Of a DNA stretch of 64,000 bases, positions 47,518 through 55,207 are shown one piece after another; position 1 is the stretch's first letter; each line of letters opens with the position of its first letter. The stretch comes from Bacteroidota bacterium (lineage in GTDB: Bacteria > Bacteroidota > Bacteroidia > J057 > JADKCL01): NCBI GenBank assembly GCA_031415375.1, contig JANORP010000005.1, forward strand, positions 9,683-73,682, written 5' to 3'. The translations under genes and the position numbers were made by a program. The notes under the pieces are model-generated. The model did no database searches and was not told the DNA's origin. It saw nothing but the letters and a program-made list of their open reading frames with translations.

Positions 47518-48425
47518 TATTTGAAATACATTTCGTAACTGATGTTGAGCATTTCTTTTTGGTAACCCTGGGGATCAAAAAAGAGGATATCCGTCAATCT
47601 TCCCATGGCGTCATAACCACGCAACTCATTGGGTTGATTGGCGATGATCCCCTTTTCAAGCATGTGCCCTGCAGCGTCATACTTGAAATAGAAGGTTTTG
47701 GGATTGCCGCGACCAGACTCCGTCTGCGAGATGACATTGCCCTTGTCGTCGCGCTTGGTATCATATTGGATCTTGGTCGTCGTGCCGTTGGTGTTTTTGA
47801 TATTCACCGATGCCAATACCCCCTTGGCATCGTAGGCATACTCTTCGATGAGCCCAGAAGCTGTGTTTTCAGAAAGCAACAATTGCCGTTGCGCATTGTA
47901 GGTGCTGCGCAGCACTTTGCCATTGCCGAGGGTCAGCTCTGTCTGCACATAGCGGCCATCGGGCAAAAGCTCGAGCGTAGCGATGGGTTTTTTGGCCTTG
48001 TCGGTGATCGTGGCCTTGGTCAATTTGCCATTGGCGTCCTTTTCCCAAGCATAGTTGCGCATGATCTCGCTATGGTCGCTCGCCAGCAAAATCGTCTCAC
48101 TCAAGAGTTGGCCCTCGGGTGTCCAAGCATAGGACGTCTGGATATTGGCCTCGCCCGTGATGTTTTGATAGCGATTCCACTTGGTGATATGTCCCTGTGG
48201 ATCATAGGAATAACTCTCCACAATCACATCCCAACCCTGAGGGAAGCGCGATCCAGCGATGTAGCGGCTAAACACCATGCGCTTCACGCCTGGCGCAGGG
48301 CTGAAGGCCTCGTAGCCACGCTCATACATATGAGGTTGCACCTGTGGAAACAACTGGGCGCAGACTTGCAAGCCCGACAAGAGGATCAATACGAGCAAGG
48401 ACAATGGACGAAACTGCATCTTCAT
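47517..48425 (-). CDS. secreted protein with YD-like repeats
   Basis: Signal peptide MKMQFRPLSLLVLILLSGLQVCAQ. Repeated 'Y(S/A/K)YD..G.....' units: YSYDPQGHITKW, YAYDAKGVLASV, QYDTKRDDKGNVISQ, KYDAAGHMLEK, GYDAMGRLTDI. Confidence 0.7.
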   Translation of the reverse strand: MKMQFRPLSLLVLILLSGLQVCAQLFPQVQPHMYERGYEAFSPAPGVKRMVFSRYIAGSRFPQGWDVIVESYSYDPQGHITKWNRYQNITGEANIQTSYAWTPEGQLLSETILLASDHSEIMRNYAWEKDANGKLTKATITDKAKKPIATLELLPDGRYVQTELTLGNGKVLRSTYNAQRQLLLSENTASGLIEEYAYDAKGVLASVNIKNTNGTTTKIQYDTKRDDKGNVISQTESGRGNPKTFYFKYDAAGHMLEKGIIANQPNELRGYDAMGRLTDILFFDPQGYQKEMLNISYEMYFK

Positions 48426-48483
48426 TTTCTCAAAAAAATCTACAGTGCAAATATGTGATAATTTTAGATGTCGCAGCGCACAT

Positions 48484-48515
48484 CAAATCGATTGGGGTGT
48501 GCGACAAATCGATTG
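48484..48515. promoter_or_regulatory. two copies of a palindrome-containing 11-mer (candidate operator)
   Basis: CAAATCGATTG occurs at 48484..48494 and again at 48505..48515. Each contains the perfect palindrome AATCGATT. The 21-bp centre-to-centre spacing puts both on the same helix face. The sites lie in the divergent intergenic region between 48425 (-) and 48694 (+). Confidence 0.35.
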
Positions 48516-48693
48516 TTGTCAGACACGGCCATGGAGACCATTGCGTCCTTGCCAAAGGGGAAATGCGCAGCCCATGCACGATCACCGTCCACTAAACCCT
48601 GCGTTTGGCAGACGATGGGGATTCTTCATAGGCTTAATCTCCACAACGATGCTGCTTTTTTCGTAATTTTAGACATTGAATGCGTAACCGTTA

Positions 48694-51498
48694 ATGAGAA
48701 TGTACGCAATATCGTGGGCCAAAGTGGTAGGGGTATTCATTTGCCTCCTCTGCTGGGCTATGCCTACATTTTCCAAGGAAGTACTGCTCGAGGAAGTGAG
48801 CATTTCACTCTTCAACAAGCCCGTCACAGGCTTCAAAATGGTGCTCGATCGCAGCGAGCGATTTGTCGCCAACCAAATCATCGAGCATGTCGCTGGCAGC
48901 GACAATACCAGCCCCTTCCAGTATGAGCGCAGCATTATCTATGAAAATATTCGCTATGAGCCCATCGTGGGCGATCGCGATATTTCGCTCTATTTTCTGC
49001 TCAAAAGCATCCAAGGCCAGTTTACCGAGCTCACCGTTGTGGTCATGTATGACTACCGTCGGTCCATCAGCAGCAGGGATTTCCCAGAGCTGACGCTCAA
49101 GCTCAAAATCGATCTCGCCAAGCTCGTGCGGCACGCAGCAGGCGATGTGATGCGCGCAGGCGATGTGCTCTACGATGACGCCACCTTGTCGCAGCTGCAA
49201 GCCGAGCCCAAGCCGATCAATACGCCCGATCCGCAGCCCATGGTCGAGCATTTCAAGCAAGAAGAAGTGGATAACAATGCCGTCTTGCTGCGCCGAGACC
49301 CTTTCCTCCAAGATCCAGCAATTGCAGTCGGTGGCACCAATGATACCAATCTACAGCGCCTCACCGCCCGCATCCAACAGCTAGAGCAGCGCGAGCAAAC
49401 GCTGATGACGACCGAGCGTGAGCTGCGCAATGAGCAGGCGACCCTGCAACGCAAGCAAGAGGTGCTGCAACAAAAGGTCAAGGAAAATAAGACCCTCCAC
49501 GACAGCGTCGTAGTGCTCAACCAACGCGTCGAAGCTCTACTCGGCCAAGCCTATGTCGCCGACGATGTGAGCGTGAGCAATGAGACCGCGAACGAAATGC
49601 AGGCCCTGGAAAAAGAAACCAATCGGCAAAAACGCCAGCTGAGTCTGTTGCGCACAGAAAATGACTCCCTCCAGAAGCTCGCAGACCTCTACGGTCAGCA
49701 ACTCAATCGCCTATCGGCGGGTGGCAAGTCGGCCTCAAGCCTCATTGCAGACCTTGAGGACCAAAACAAAGCCTTGAAAAAACAGGTCGAGGAATACCAG
49801 ACCCGCGCCGCGCTCAGCGGCGACGACAGCCAGCGCACTGCGATCGCGGATAGTCTGCTGGGCCTACTCGCCACCGCACAATTGCAAAATGAGACCTTGC
49901 GCAGCGACATCGAAAGCCAAAACCGCAACCTCGGCCGCCTCAAGCAAGAAAATGACGAACTCTCGGGCAAGCGTATGCAACTCGAGGAGCGCATGGCTTC
50001 CTTGGAATCTGAAAACCGTAGCTTACGTGCTGGCAACGCAGAAGTGCTCGCCACCATGCCCGATGAAAATCTTGTCGATAGCCTCAATGGCGAGATCAGG
50101 GCAGCCCGTCGCAGCGCAGGTATCTCCAAGGCCGAGCTCACCCAGGTGAGGACCGACATGGAAACGATGCAGCAGCAAAAAGATGCCCAAGAGCGGCAAT
50201 TGGTCGCTGCACAGACCGAGCAAAAAAATCTCCAAGGACGCATCGAGGCATTGCTTGCTGCCGGCAACCGCGAAGGCAACGCAGCAAAACAGCCAGTTTC
50301 ACAGCAGCTCAGCGATAGCCTGCTCCTCCTGCGCCAGCAATTGAGCAACGCAGAGGCACGCGCCGCTGAGGCCAGCGCCACGCAAGATGCCCTGAGCAGG
50401 GCCCAGGCCCAGCTCCAAACCAAGGAGCGCGAACTGCGCGCGGCGCAAACGAGCCTCCAAGACAAGGCCACTGAACTTGCCGCGGCCCAGCGGTCCAGAA
50501 GCACCCTCCAAAAATCATTGACCGACGCCAATGCCCGACTGACTGAGTACCAAAATTCCAAAGGTTCATCCCAGCAGGAATTCGACCGTCTCCAGCAAGA
50601 AAATCGCAGCCTCAGCAGCAATCTCAACAGCAAGGAACAGCAGTTGGGCAAAGCAACCGCCGAAAACAAGGCTGCTAGGGACAGCATCGCGATGCTGCGC
50701 CAGCAGCGCAGCGGCTTGCAGGCAGACATCGCCGCCCGCGATGGCAACCTGCGATTGCAGATACAGCAGCGCGACAGCCTTCAAAAACAGCTCCAATTGG
50801 CCTCCAAACGTGAGAAGGCATTGGGACTAGAGATCACAGCCTTGCAGACGCGCGTCGATAGCCTCGCCCGCATGCGCGTGCCCGAGGGCGACCAGGCGCG
50901 CTACCTCAAAGAGCAACGCAGCAAGCTCGACCTGCTCCAAAAAGAGCTTGAGACCCGCGATCTCACAGCCACAGACAAGGAAAAACTCCTCTCCCAGCGC
51001 GAATCGGTCTTGCAGGCCAAGGAAGCCGCATTTGCAGCTGAGGAAAATCGGTTCAAGAACTTGGAGGAGCGTGAAAAGCGCCTCCAGCTCTTGGAACAGC
51101 AGCTCAATGCCCGTGAAGGCATCGGCTCCGTCGATGCCACGCCCATCCAAGTGCGCGAGGGCCGTGTCATGGAATTTGGCACACAAGTGCCCGTCTTCAT
51201 CGTCGAGACGAGCCTCGGCGTGAAGGCCGTGCAGCGCCAAGTCGTGGGTTATATGCTGAGCCGCGAGGAGTTGCTCGACAGCCAATTCCCGGAAATTTTG
51301 TATCGCACTGCCCATTTGGGAGAGCTGGATTCCACTCCGCTTGAGCTCAAAGTAAGGATCGATACCAAAGCCGGCGGGTCCATTTTGCAAATTTCTTTGC
51401 GCATGAGCAACGGTGAATATCTCGGCGGCGACAAGTACCGCGACCGAAATGATGCCGTCAAGCAACTCATTAGCAAGATACTACGTTATAAGATTTAA
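48694..51498 (+). CDS. 934-aa exported coiled-coil protein with globular N- and C-terminal domains
   Basis: Hydrophobic N-terminus MRMYAISWAKVVGVFICLLCWAMPTFS. By eye, roughly 600 central residues are Q/L/E/R/A-rich heptad-like sequence (e.g. LRAAQTSLQDKATELAAAQRSRSTLQKSLTDANARLTEYQ). No enzymatic motif was seen. The stop lies 8 nt before the next gene. Confidence 0.75.
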   Translation: MRMYAISWAKVVGVFICLLCWAMPTFSKEVLLEEVSISLFNKPVTGFKMVLDRSERFVANQIIEHVAGSDNTSPFQYERSIIYENIRYEPIVGDRDISLYFLLKSIQGQFTELTVVVMYDYRRSISSRDFPELTLKLKIDLAKLVRHAAGDVMRAGDVLYDDATLSQLQAEPKPINTPDPQPMVEHFKQEEVDNNAVLLRRDPFLQDPAIAVGGTNDTNLQRLTARIQQLEQREQTLMTTERELRNEQATLQRKQEVLQQKVKENKTLHDSVVVLNQRVEALLGQAYVADDVSVSNETANEMQALEKETNRQKRQLSLLRTENDSLQKLADLYGQQLNRLSAGGKSASSLIADLEDQNKALKKQVEEYQTRAALSGDDSQRTAIADSLLGLLATAQLQNETLRSDIESQNRNLGRLKQENDELSGKRMQLEERMASLESENRSLRAGNAEVLATMPDENLVDSLNGEIRAARRSAGISKAELTQVRTDMETMQQQKDAQERQLVAAQTEQKNLQGRIEALLAAGNREGNAAKQPVSQQLSDSLLLLRQQLSNAEARAAEASATQDALSRAQAQLQTKERELRAAQTSLQDKATELAAAQRSRSTLQKSLTDANARLTEYQNSKGSSQQEFDRLQQENRSLSSNLNSKEQQLGKATAENKAARDSIAMLRQQRSGLQADIAARDGNLRLQIQQRDSLQKQLQLASKREKALGLEITALQTRVDSLARMRVPEGDQARYLKEQRSKLDLLQKELETRDLTATDKEKLLSQRESVLQAKEAAFAAEENRFKNLEEREKRLQLLEQQLNAREGIGSVDATPIQVREGRVMEFGTQVPVFIVETSLGVKAVQRQVVGYMLSREELLDSQFPEILYRTAHLGELDSTPLELKVRIDTKAGGSILQISLRMSNGEYLGGDKYRDRNDAVKQLISKILRYKI

Positions 51499-51506
51499 CG
51501 ACCTCG

Positions 51507-53798
51507 ATGCGGTTCCTACCTACCATCTTGCGGCGTTTCCTTTGGATATTGCCGCTGCTACTTGCCCAAGCCTTTGGGCAGGTGGGCAAGGAATTGCATC
51601 TAAAGTTGGAGCAATCGGTCTTTTTGCAAGAGAAAACCAGCGCGTTTGAAAGCAGCTCCCAGCCCTATCTCGTCTTTCCTTACCTCAATGACTACCCGCG
51701 CTACGATGGCAAAGACTATCTCAAGCGCATCGAGAAAGCCGAAATGGCCGAAGGTGGGCCCGATTTGTTGGCGCTCGATTCATTGCTCGGCAATTTCATC
51801 GGTCACTGGGGCATCGCCAATTTTTCAGAAAATGTAGATCTCCTCTGGAAAGCCGGGCAGGTCAAGGAAATGCTCGGCGACACCGTTGCCTCAGCGATGT
51901 ATTACGAGATCGGCCTCAAAAATCAGCGCCCTTGGAAACCACAAGTGAAAATCCACTTTGACTCTCTCAAGGCCCAAAAGAATGTCGAGTGGGTTGATTT
52001 GCAGTTTTACTACAAGATTTTGGAGGCACGTCGCAAGATCGACCCCCTCATTCCGCCCAAAGGCGTGATGCTCAACATGGGTCCCAAGATCAACTCTGAG
52101 CGACCAGACTATGCCCCGTTTATGCACCCGAGCGACTCGGTGCTCATCTTTACGAGTCGCCGCGACGAGGAGATTGTGATCGACGACATCAACGAGCGCA
52201 AAAATGAAGACCTCTATTTTGTCGAGAAAGGCTTCATAGACGGCACTTGGTCTTATGCACAGCGCTTCTCGGGCATCATCAATAGCAGCTACAACGAGGG
52301 TTCTGCCACCCTGAGCCCAGATGGACGCACACTCTATTTTACCCGCTGCGACGCACCCAATGGCTACGGTTCTTGTGATATCTACATTGCAGATTTCATC
52401 GGGAGCGAGTGGACCAATATTCGCAACATCGGCCCCAACGTGAATTCGGCTGAATGGGACAGCCACCCCAATGTAACGCCAGATGGAAAGTCACTTTACT
52501 ATACCAGCAATCGCAAAGGCGGCTTCGGGAAAAGCGACCTTTACGTTACCCACCGCTTGGAAGACGGCACATGGACCAAGGCCGAAAACCTAGGCCCGAC
52601 CATCAATACCATCGAGGACGAGGTCACGCCATTTTTCCATCAAGTCAATCAGACACTTTTCTTTAGCTCTACCGGCCACCTCAAAAACTTGGGTGGCTAC
52701 GACATCTACAAATCACGCTGGCTCGACGACCACTACGAAAACCCAAAAAACGTGGGCCCACTCGTCAATTCGCTCGCCAACGAATACTATTTCTCGATCG
52801 ATGGCAAGGGCACGCGTCTCTTCTATGCAAGTGCCAAAAAGGATCAAAACAAAGCCGAATACCAGCAAAACTTTGACCTCTACTCCTTCCCGATGCCGAT
52901 GGAGGCCCGCCCCGATGCCATCGTGACCCTGCGTGGTTACCTCATCGACTCCGTCTCAGGCAATCCCATCACGGGGATCGTCCTGGTGATCGACCGCGAC
53001 AATGGCATAGAGGTAGCGCCCAAGCACATCAATAAGTATGGCTACTTCGAATTTGACCTGATCAACAATCATAAGTACGACATCTATATACAAGGGGAAA
53101 ATTTCCTCACGATCAAAGAGGATATTACCTTGAGTGGCGATACCACATTCACCGAGCTCACCAAGAGCTTCGATGTCGGGAAACCGATGGTGTTTGAGAA
53201 TCTGGAATTTGAGGACGACAGCTATGAACTCAATGGCAGCATCGAGCCCAAACTGAACTATTTGGTGGCCTTTTTGAAGAAGTATCCCATGTTTCGCCTA
53301 GAGGTCAAGGGACATACCGATAGCGACGGCGAGGCCAAATACAACTTGGAGCTATCGCGCAAGCGTGCTGCGATCATCAGGCATTACATTATCAAAGCAG
53401 GCGGTTTCCCAGAGGATTTCATCACGGCCCAAGGTTTTGGAGAGACCCGACCGCTGGTCGCCAATGACAACGATGTCCACAAAAACATGAACCGCCGCGT
53501 GGAGTTTGAGTTGTGGATGGATCCCGCCTACCAAGGCCCGATGGTCTTACCGACCATCGATGACTTTGACTTTGATGACATGGGCGATGAGGACTTTGAC
53601 CCCGAGTTCATGAAGGAGACCGACTGGGAATGGAACAACGACGAGGAAATCGACTACTACGAATGGGAGACAGACCTTGAGGAAGACGCGGAGCTTTTGA
53701 AAGAATTCGATGATTTTGGCAAAGACCCCTCCCCCAATCCCCCGATCGATGATACCGTGGATGACCTAGAGGAAGACGACCTCGACGGCGACCAATAA
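51507..53798 (+). CDS. OmpA-family peptidoglycan-associated protein (TPR-like + TolB-type beta-propeller repeats + CarboxypepD_reg-like + OmpA_C) with long acidic tail
   Basis: Signal peptide MRFLPTILRRFLWILPLLLAQAFG. Repeated 'S....P..tpDGk.LYFtS.R.gG.G..DiY' PD40-like units. OmpA block LEVKGHTDSDGEAKYNLELSRKRA...NRRVEFEL. The last ~100 aa are extremely D/E-rich. Confidence 0.85.
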   Translation: MRFLPTILRRFLWILPLLLAQAFGQVGKELHLKLEQSVFLQEKTSAFESSSQPYLVFPYLNDYPRYDGKDYLKRIEKAEMAEGGPDLLALDSLLGNFIGHWGIANFSENVDLLWKAGQVKEMLGDTVASAMYYEIGLKNQRPWKPQVKIHFDSLKAQKNVEWVDLQFYYKILEARRKIDPLIPPKGVMLNMGPKINSERPDYAPFMHPSDSVLIFTSRRDEEIVIDDINERKNEDLYFVEKGFIDGTWSYAQRFSGIINSSYNEGSATLSPDGRTLYFTRCDAPNGYGSCDIYIADFIGSEWTNIRNIGPNVNSAEWDSHPNVTPDGKSLYYTSNRKGGFGKSDLYVTHRLEDGTWTKAENLGPTINTIEDEVTPFFHQVNQTLFFSSTGHLKNLGGYDIYKSRWLDDHYENPKNVGPLVNSLANEYYFSIDGKGTRLFYASAKKDQNKAEYQQNFDLYSFPMPMEARPDAIVTLRGYLIDSVSGNPITGIVLVIDRDNGIEVAPKHINKYGYFEFDLINNHKYDIYIQGENFLTIKEDITLSGDTTFTELTKSFDVGKPMVFENLEFEDDSYELNGSIEPKLNYLVAFLKKYPMFRLEVKGHTDSDGEAKYNLELSRKRAAIIRHYIIKAGGFPEDFITAQGFGETRPLVANDNDVHKNMNRRVEFELWMDPAYQGPMVLPTIDDFDFDDMGDEDFDPEFMKETDWEWNNDEEIDYYEWETDLEEDAELLKEFDDFGKDPSPNPPIDDTVDDLEEDDLDGDQ

Positions 53799-53914
53799 GT
53801 CGGTCAGAACCATTCAAATCTCCTTCATGGCCAGTATTTTTAGGTTTTGTGTATTTTTTGGAGCAAAATGTCGGGAAAAATGGCTGGGGACTTTGTGGTC
53901 TGGAAAAAAAGCCA

Positions 53915-53938
53915 TAACTTTGGGGAAATGTAAGGAGG
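53915..53938 (+). promoter_or_regulatory. Bacteroidota -7 promoter box and strong Shine-Dalgarno upstream of the Panacea-domain gene
   Basis: TAACTTTG (53915..53922) fits the TAnnTTTG -7 consensus of Bacteroidota sigma-A promoters. AAGGAGG (53932..53938) lies 4 nt before ATG 53943. Confidence 0.4.
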
Positions 53939-53942
53939 CAGA

Positions 53943-54680
53943 ATGAATCGTGAAGAAAGCAAAGAGGGGTTAGGAGAATTCAAAATCACTCACGTCCCCA
54001 TGCGAATTGGGATCACTCAACAGACGATGTATCGTGCGATCAACAACGAAAAAATAGGCAATGCGTTACGCTATTTTGCGCAACATATCCCCTACTTACC
54101 TTCGATGAAGGCCATTAAGTTGTTGTTTTTTCTAGACTTGTATGCCGTTTTGGAAAAAGGCGTGCCCATCACATGGCTAGAATACAAAGCTTGGAAATTT
54201 GGCCCAGTACCAAGCAGCATTTGGGCCGAGTTGCGCCATGGGGTCATCACCGTGGATCAAGCCATAGGCGATTGCTCACTCGACGACTACCTAGACATAC
54301 AGAGGTTTGAAAATGAAGTCTCGGGCAATATCGAAATCAACCTCAAAGCCAAGGGCGAATTCGACGATGGGGAATTTAGTGCCTTTGAAGTGAATTTACT
54401 CGCGCGTGTGGTTGAGCAATATGGGCACTTGACTGGCTACCAGCTCAGCCAATTGAGCCACCAAAAAGATGGGCCTTGGGATAAAGCAGTGCACCTGCAT
54501 CAATTGGAGCGCAGATTTACCTTAGGTGACCATACCCCAGACGTTTCAATCGACCTCGCAGCAGAGATTGCTGGCGACCACAAATTTGAAGCCTACCTTG
54601 CCGCCAAGGAAGCCATGGAAACAAAAATACATATCCGACAATTCGCTCAACAACATGGAAAAACAGACTCAGCCCTCTAA
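53943..54680 (+). CDS. Panacea (DUF4065) domain antitoxin (PanA/SocA-like) with N-terminal HTH-like segment
   Basis: 'MKAIKLLFFLDLYAVLEKGVPITWLEYKAWKFGPVPSSIW' matches the Panacea/DUF4065 core (KL.KLLY..D...G.PIT...Y.AW..GPV). The N-terminal 'RIGITQQTMYRAINNEKI' looks like a helix-turn-helix. ~43% GC in a sampled block. Confidence 0.75.
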   Translation: MNREESKEGLGEFKITHVPMRIGITQQTMYRAINNEKIGNALRYFAQHIPYLPSMKAIKLLFFLDLYAVLEKGVPITWLEYKAWKFGPVPSSIWAELRHGVITVDQAIGDCSLDDYLDIQRFENEVSGNIEINLKAKGEFDDGEFSAFEVNLLARVVEQYGHLTGYQLSQLSHQKDGPWDKAVHLHQLERRFTLGDHTPDVSIDLAAEIAGDHKFEAYLAAKEAMETKIHIRQFAQQHGKTDSAL

Positions 54681-55128
54681 GTATCCCACGGGCGGTCTGT
54701 ATTTGTTTGAGGAATGGGATTTTGCAAGTGGCCGTGGGCCTCAGCAAAAATTTTCCATTATCCTGCAGCAAAATGCAGCCACCTCCCTTGTCCTACATTG
54801 CTGGCCCACCAAAGTGGATCGCAGCCATGCCCTTCTCAAGGCGAAGCCAGGCTGTGTCTCAGCATCCCCGTACTCTTGCTATAAGTTCAAGGCAGGGAAA
54901 AAAGTCACAACCAACGGTTGGAGCTTTAACCTTGACACGTATGTCTATGCGGGCAGTGGTCTCGATATGAACAGCTACGATGTGCTCGATGTACATGCTC
55001 GTCATGGCAAACTGAAATTTGTGGGGCTGTTGTTGGCACCTGAACTACATGCCCTGATCGACTGCATGCTGAGTTCAGAAGACATCAAGCTACGGTACAA
55101 ACGGTTTTTGGCCGCCGACACGGCCTAG
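54655..55128 (+). CDS. putative toxin partner of the Panacea antitoxin (possible divergent MazF/PemK-fold; unassigned)
   Basis: Start at ATG 54655 (MEKQTQPSKY...), overlapping the antitoxin gene by 26 nt. 'GGLYLFEEWDFASGRGPQQKFSIILQ...LVLHCWPTKV...VGLLLAPELHALIDCML' parallels E. coli MazF 'GDLIWVDFDPTKGSEQAGHRPAVVLS...CVPCTTQ...GTVAPEELQLIKAKINVL' in order and spacing. The similarity is by eye only, and the protein carries ~45 extra residues. Confidence 0.45.
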   Translation: MEKQTQPSKYPTGGLYLFEEWDFASGRGPQQKFSIILQQNAATSLVLHCWPTKVDRSHALLKAKPGCVSASPYSCYKFKAGKKVTTNGWSFNLDTYVYAGSGLDMNSYDVLDVHARHGKLKFVGLLLAPELHALIDCMLSSEDIKLRYKRFLAADTA

Positions 55129-55207
55129 CGCATGCATTGCCTGCCGCAAAAACTCGCGAATGAAACAAGCTTGCGAGCTGGATTCTGTGTAATTTTACAG
55201 CGGTATC

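Noticed and set aside
48516-48660. A possible riboswitch or leader RNA upstream of the coiled-coil gene.
   Set aside because: I compared the region by eye with the consensus cores I remember (cobalamin B12 box, c-di-GMP-I, SAM, TPP) and found no match. Nothing beyond weak hairpins could be supported.
49695-50747. A 350-aa minus-strand ORF, and several 70-116-aa ORFs, inside the coiled-coil gene.
   Set aside because: These are an artefact of the low-complexity, GC-rich, repeat-like codon composition of the coiled-coil region. The translations are Ser/Arg/Ala/Cys/Leu-rich strings without structure. The plus-strand ORF is uninterrupted for 934 codons.
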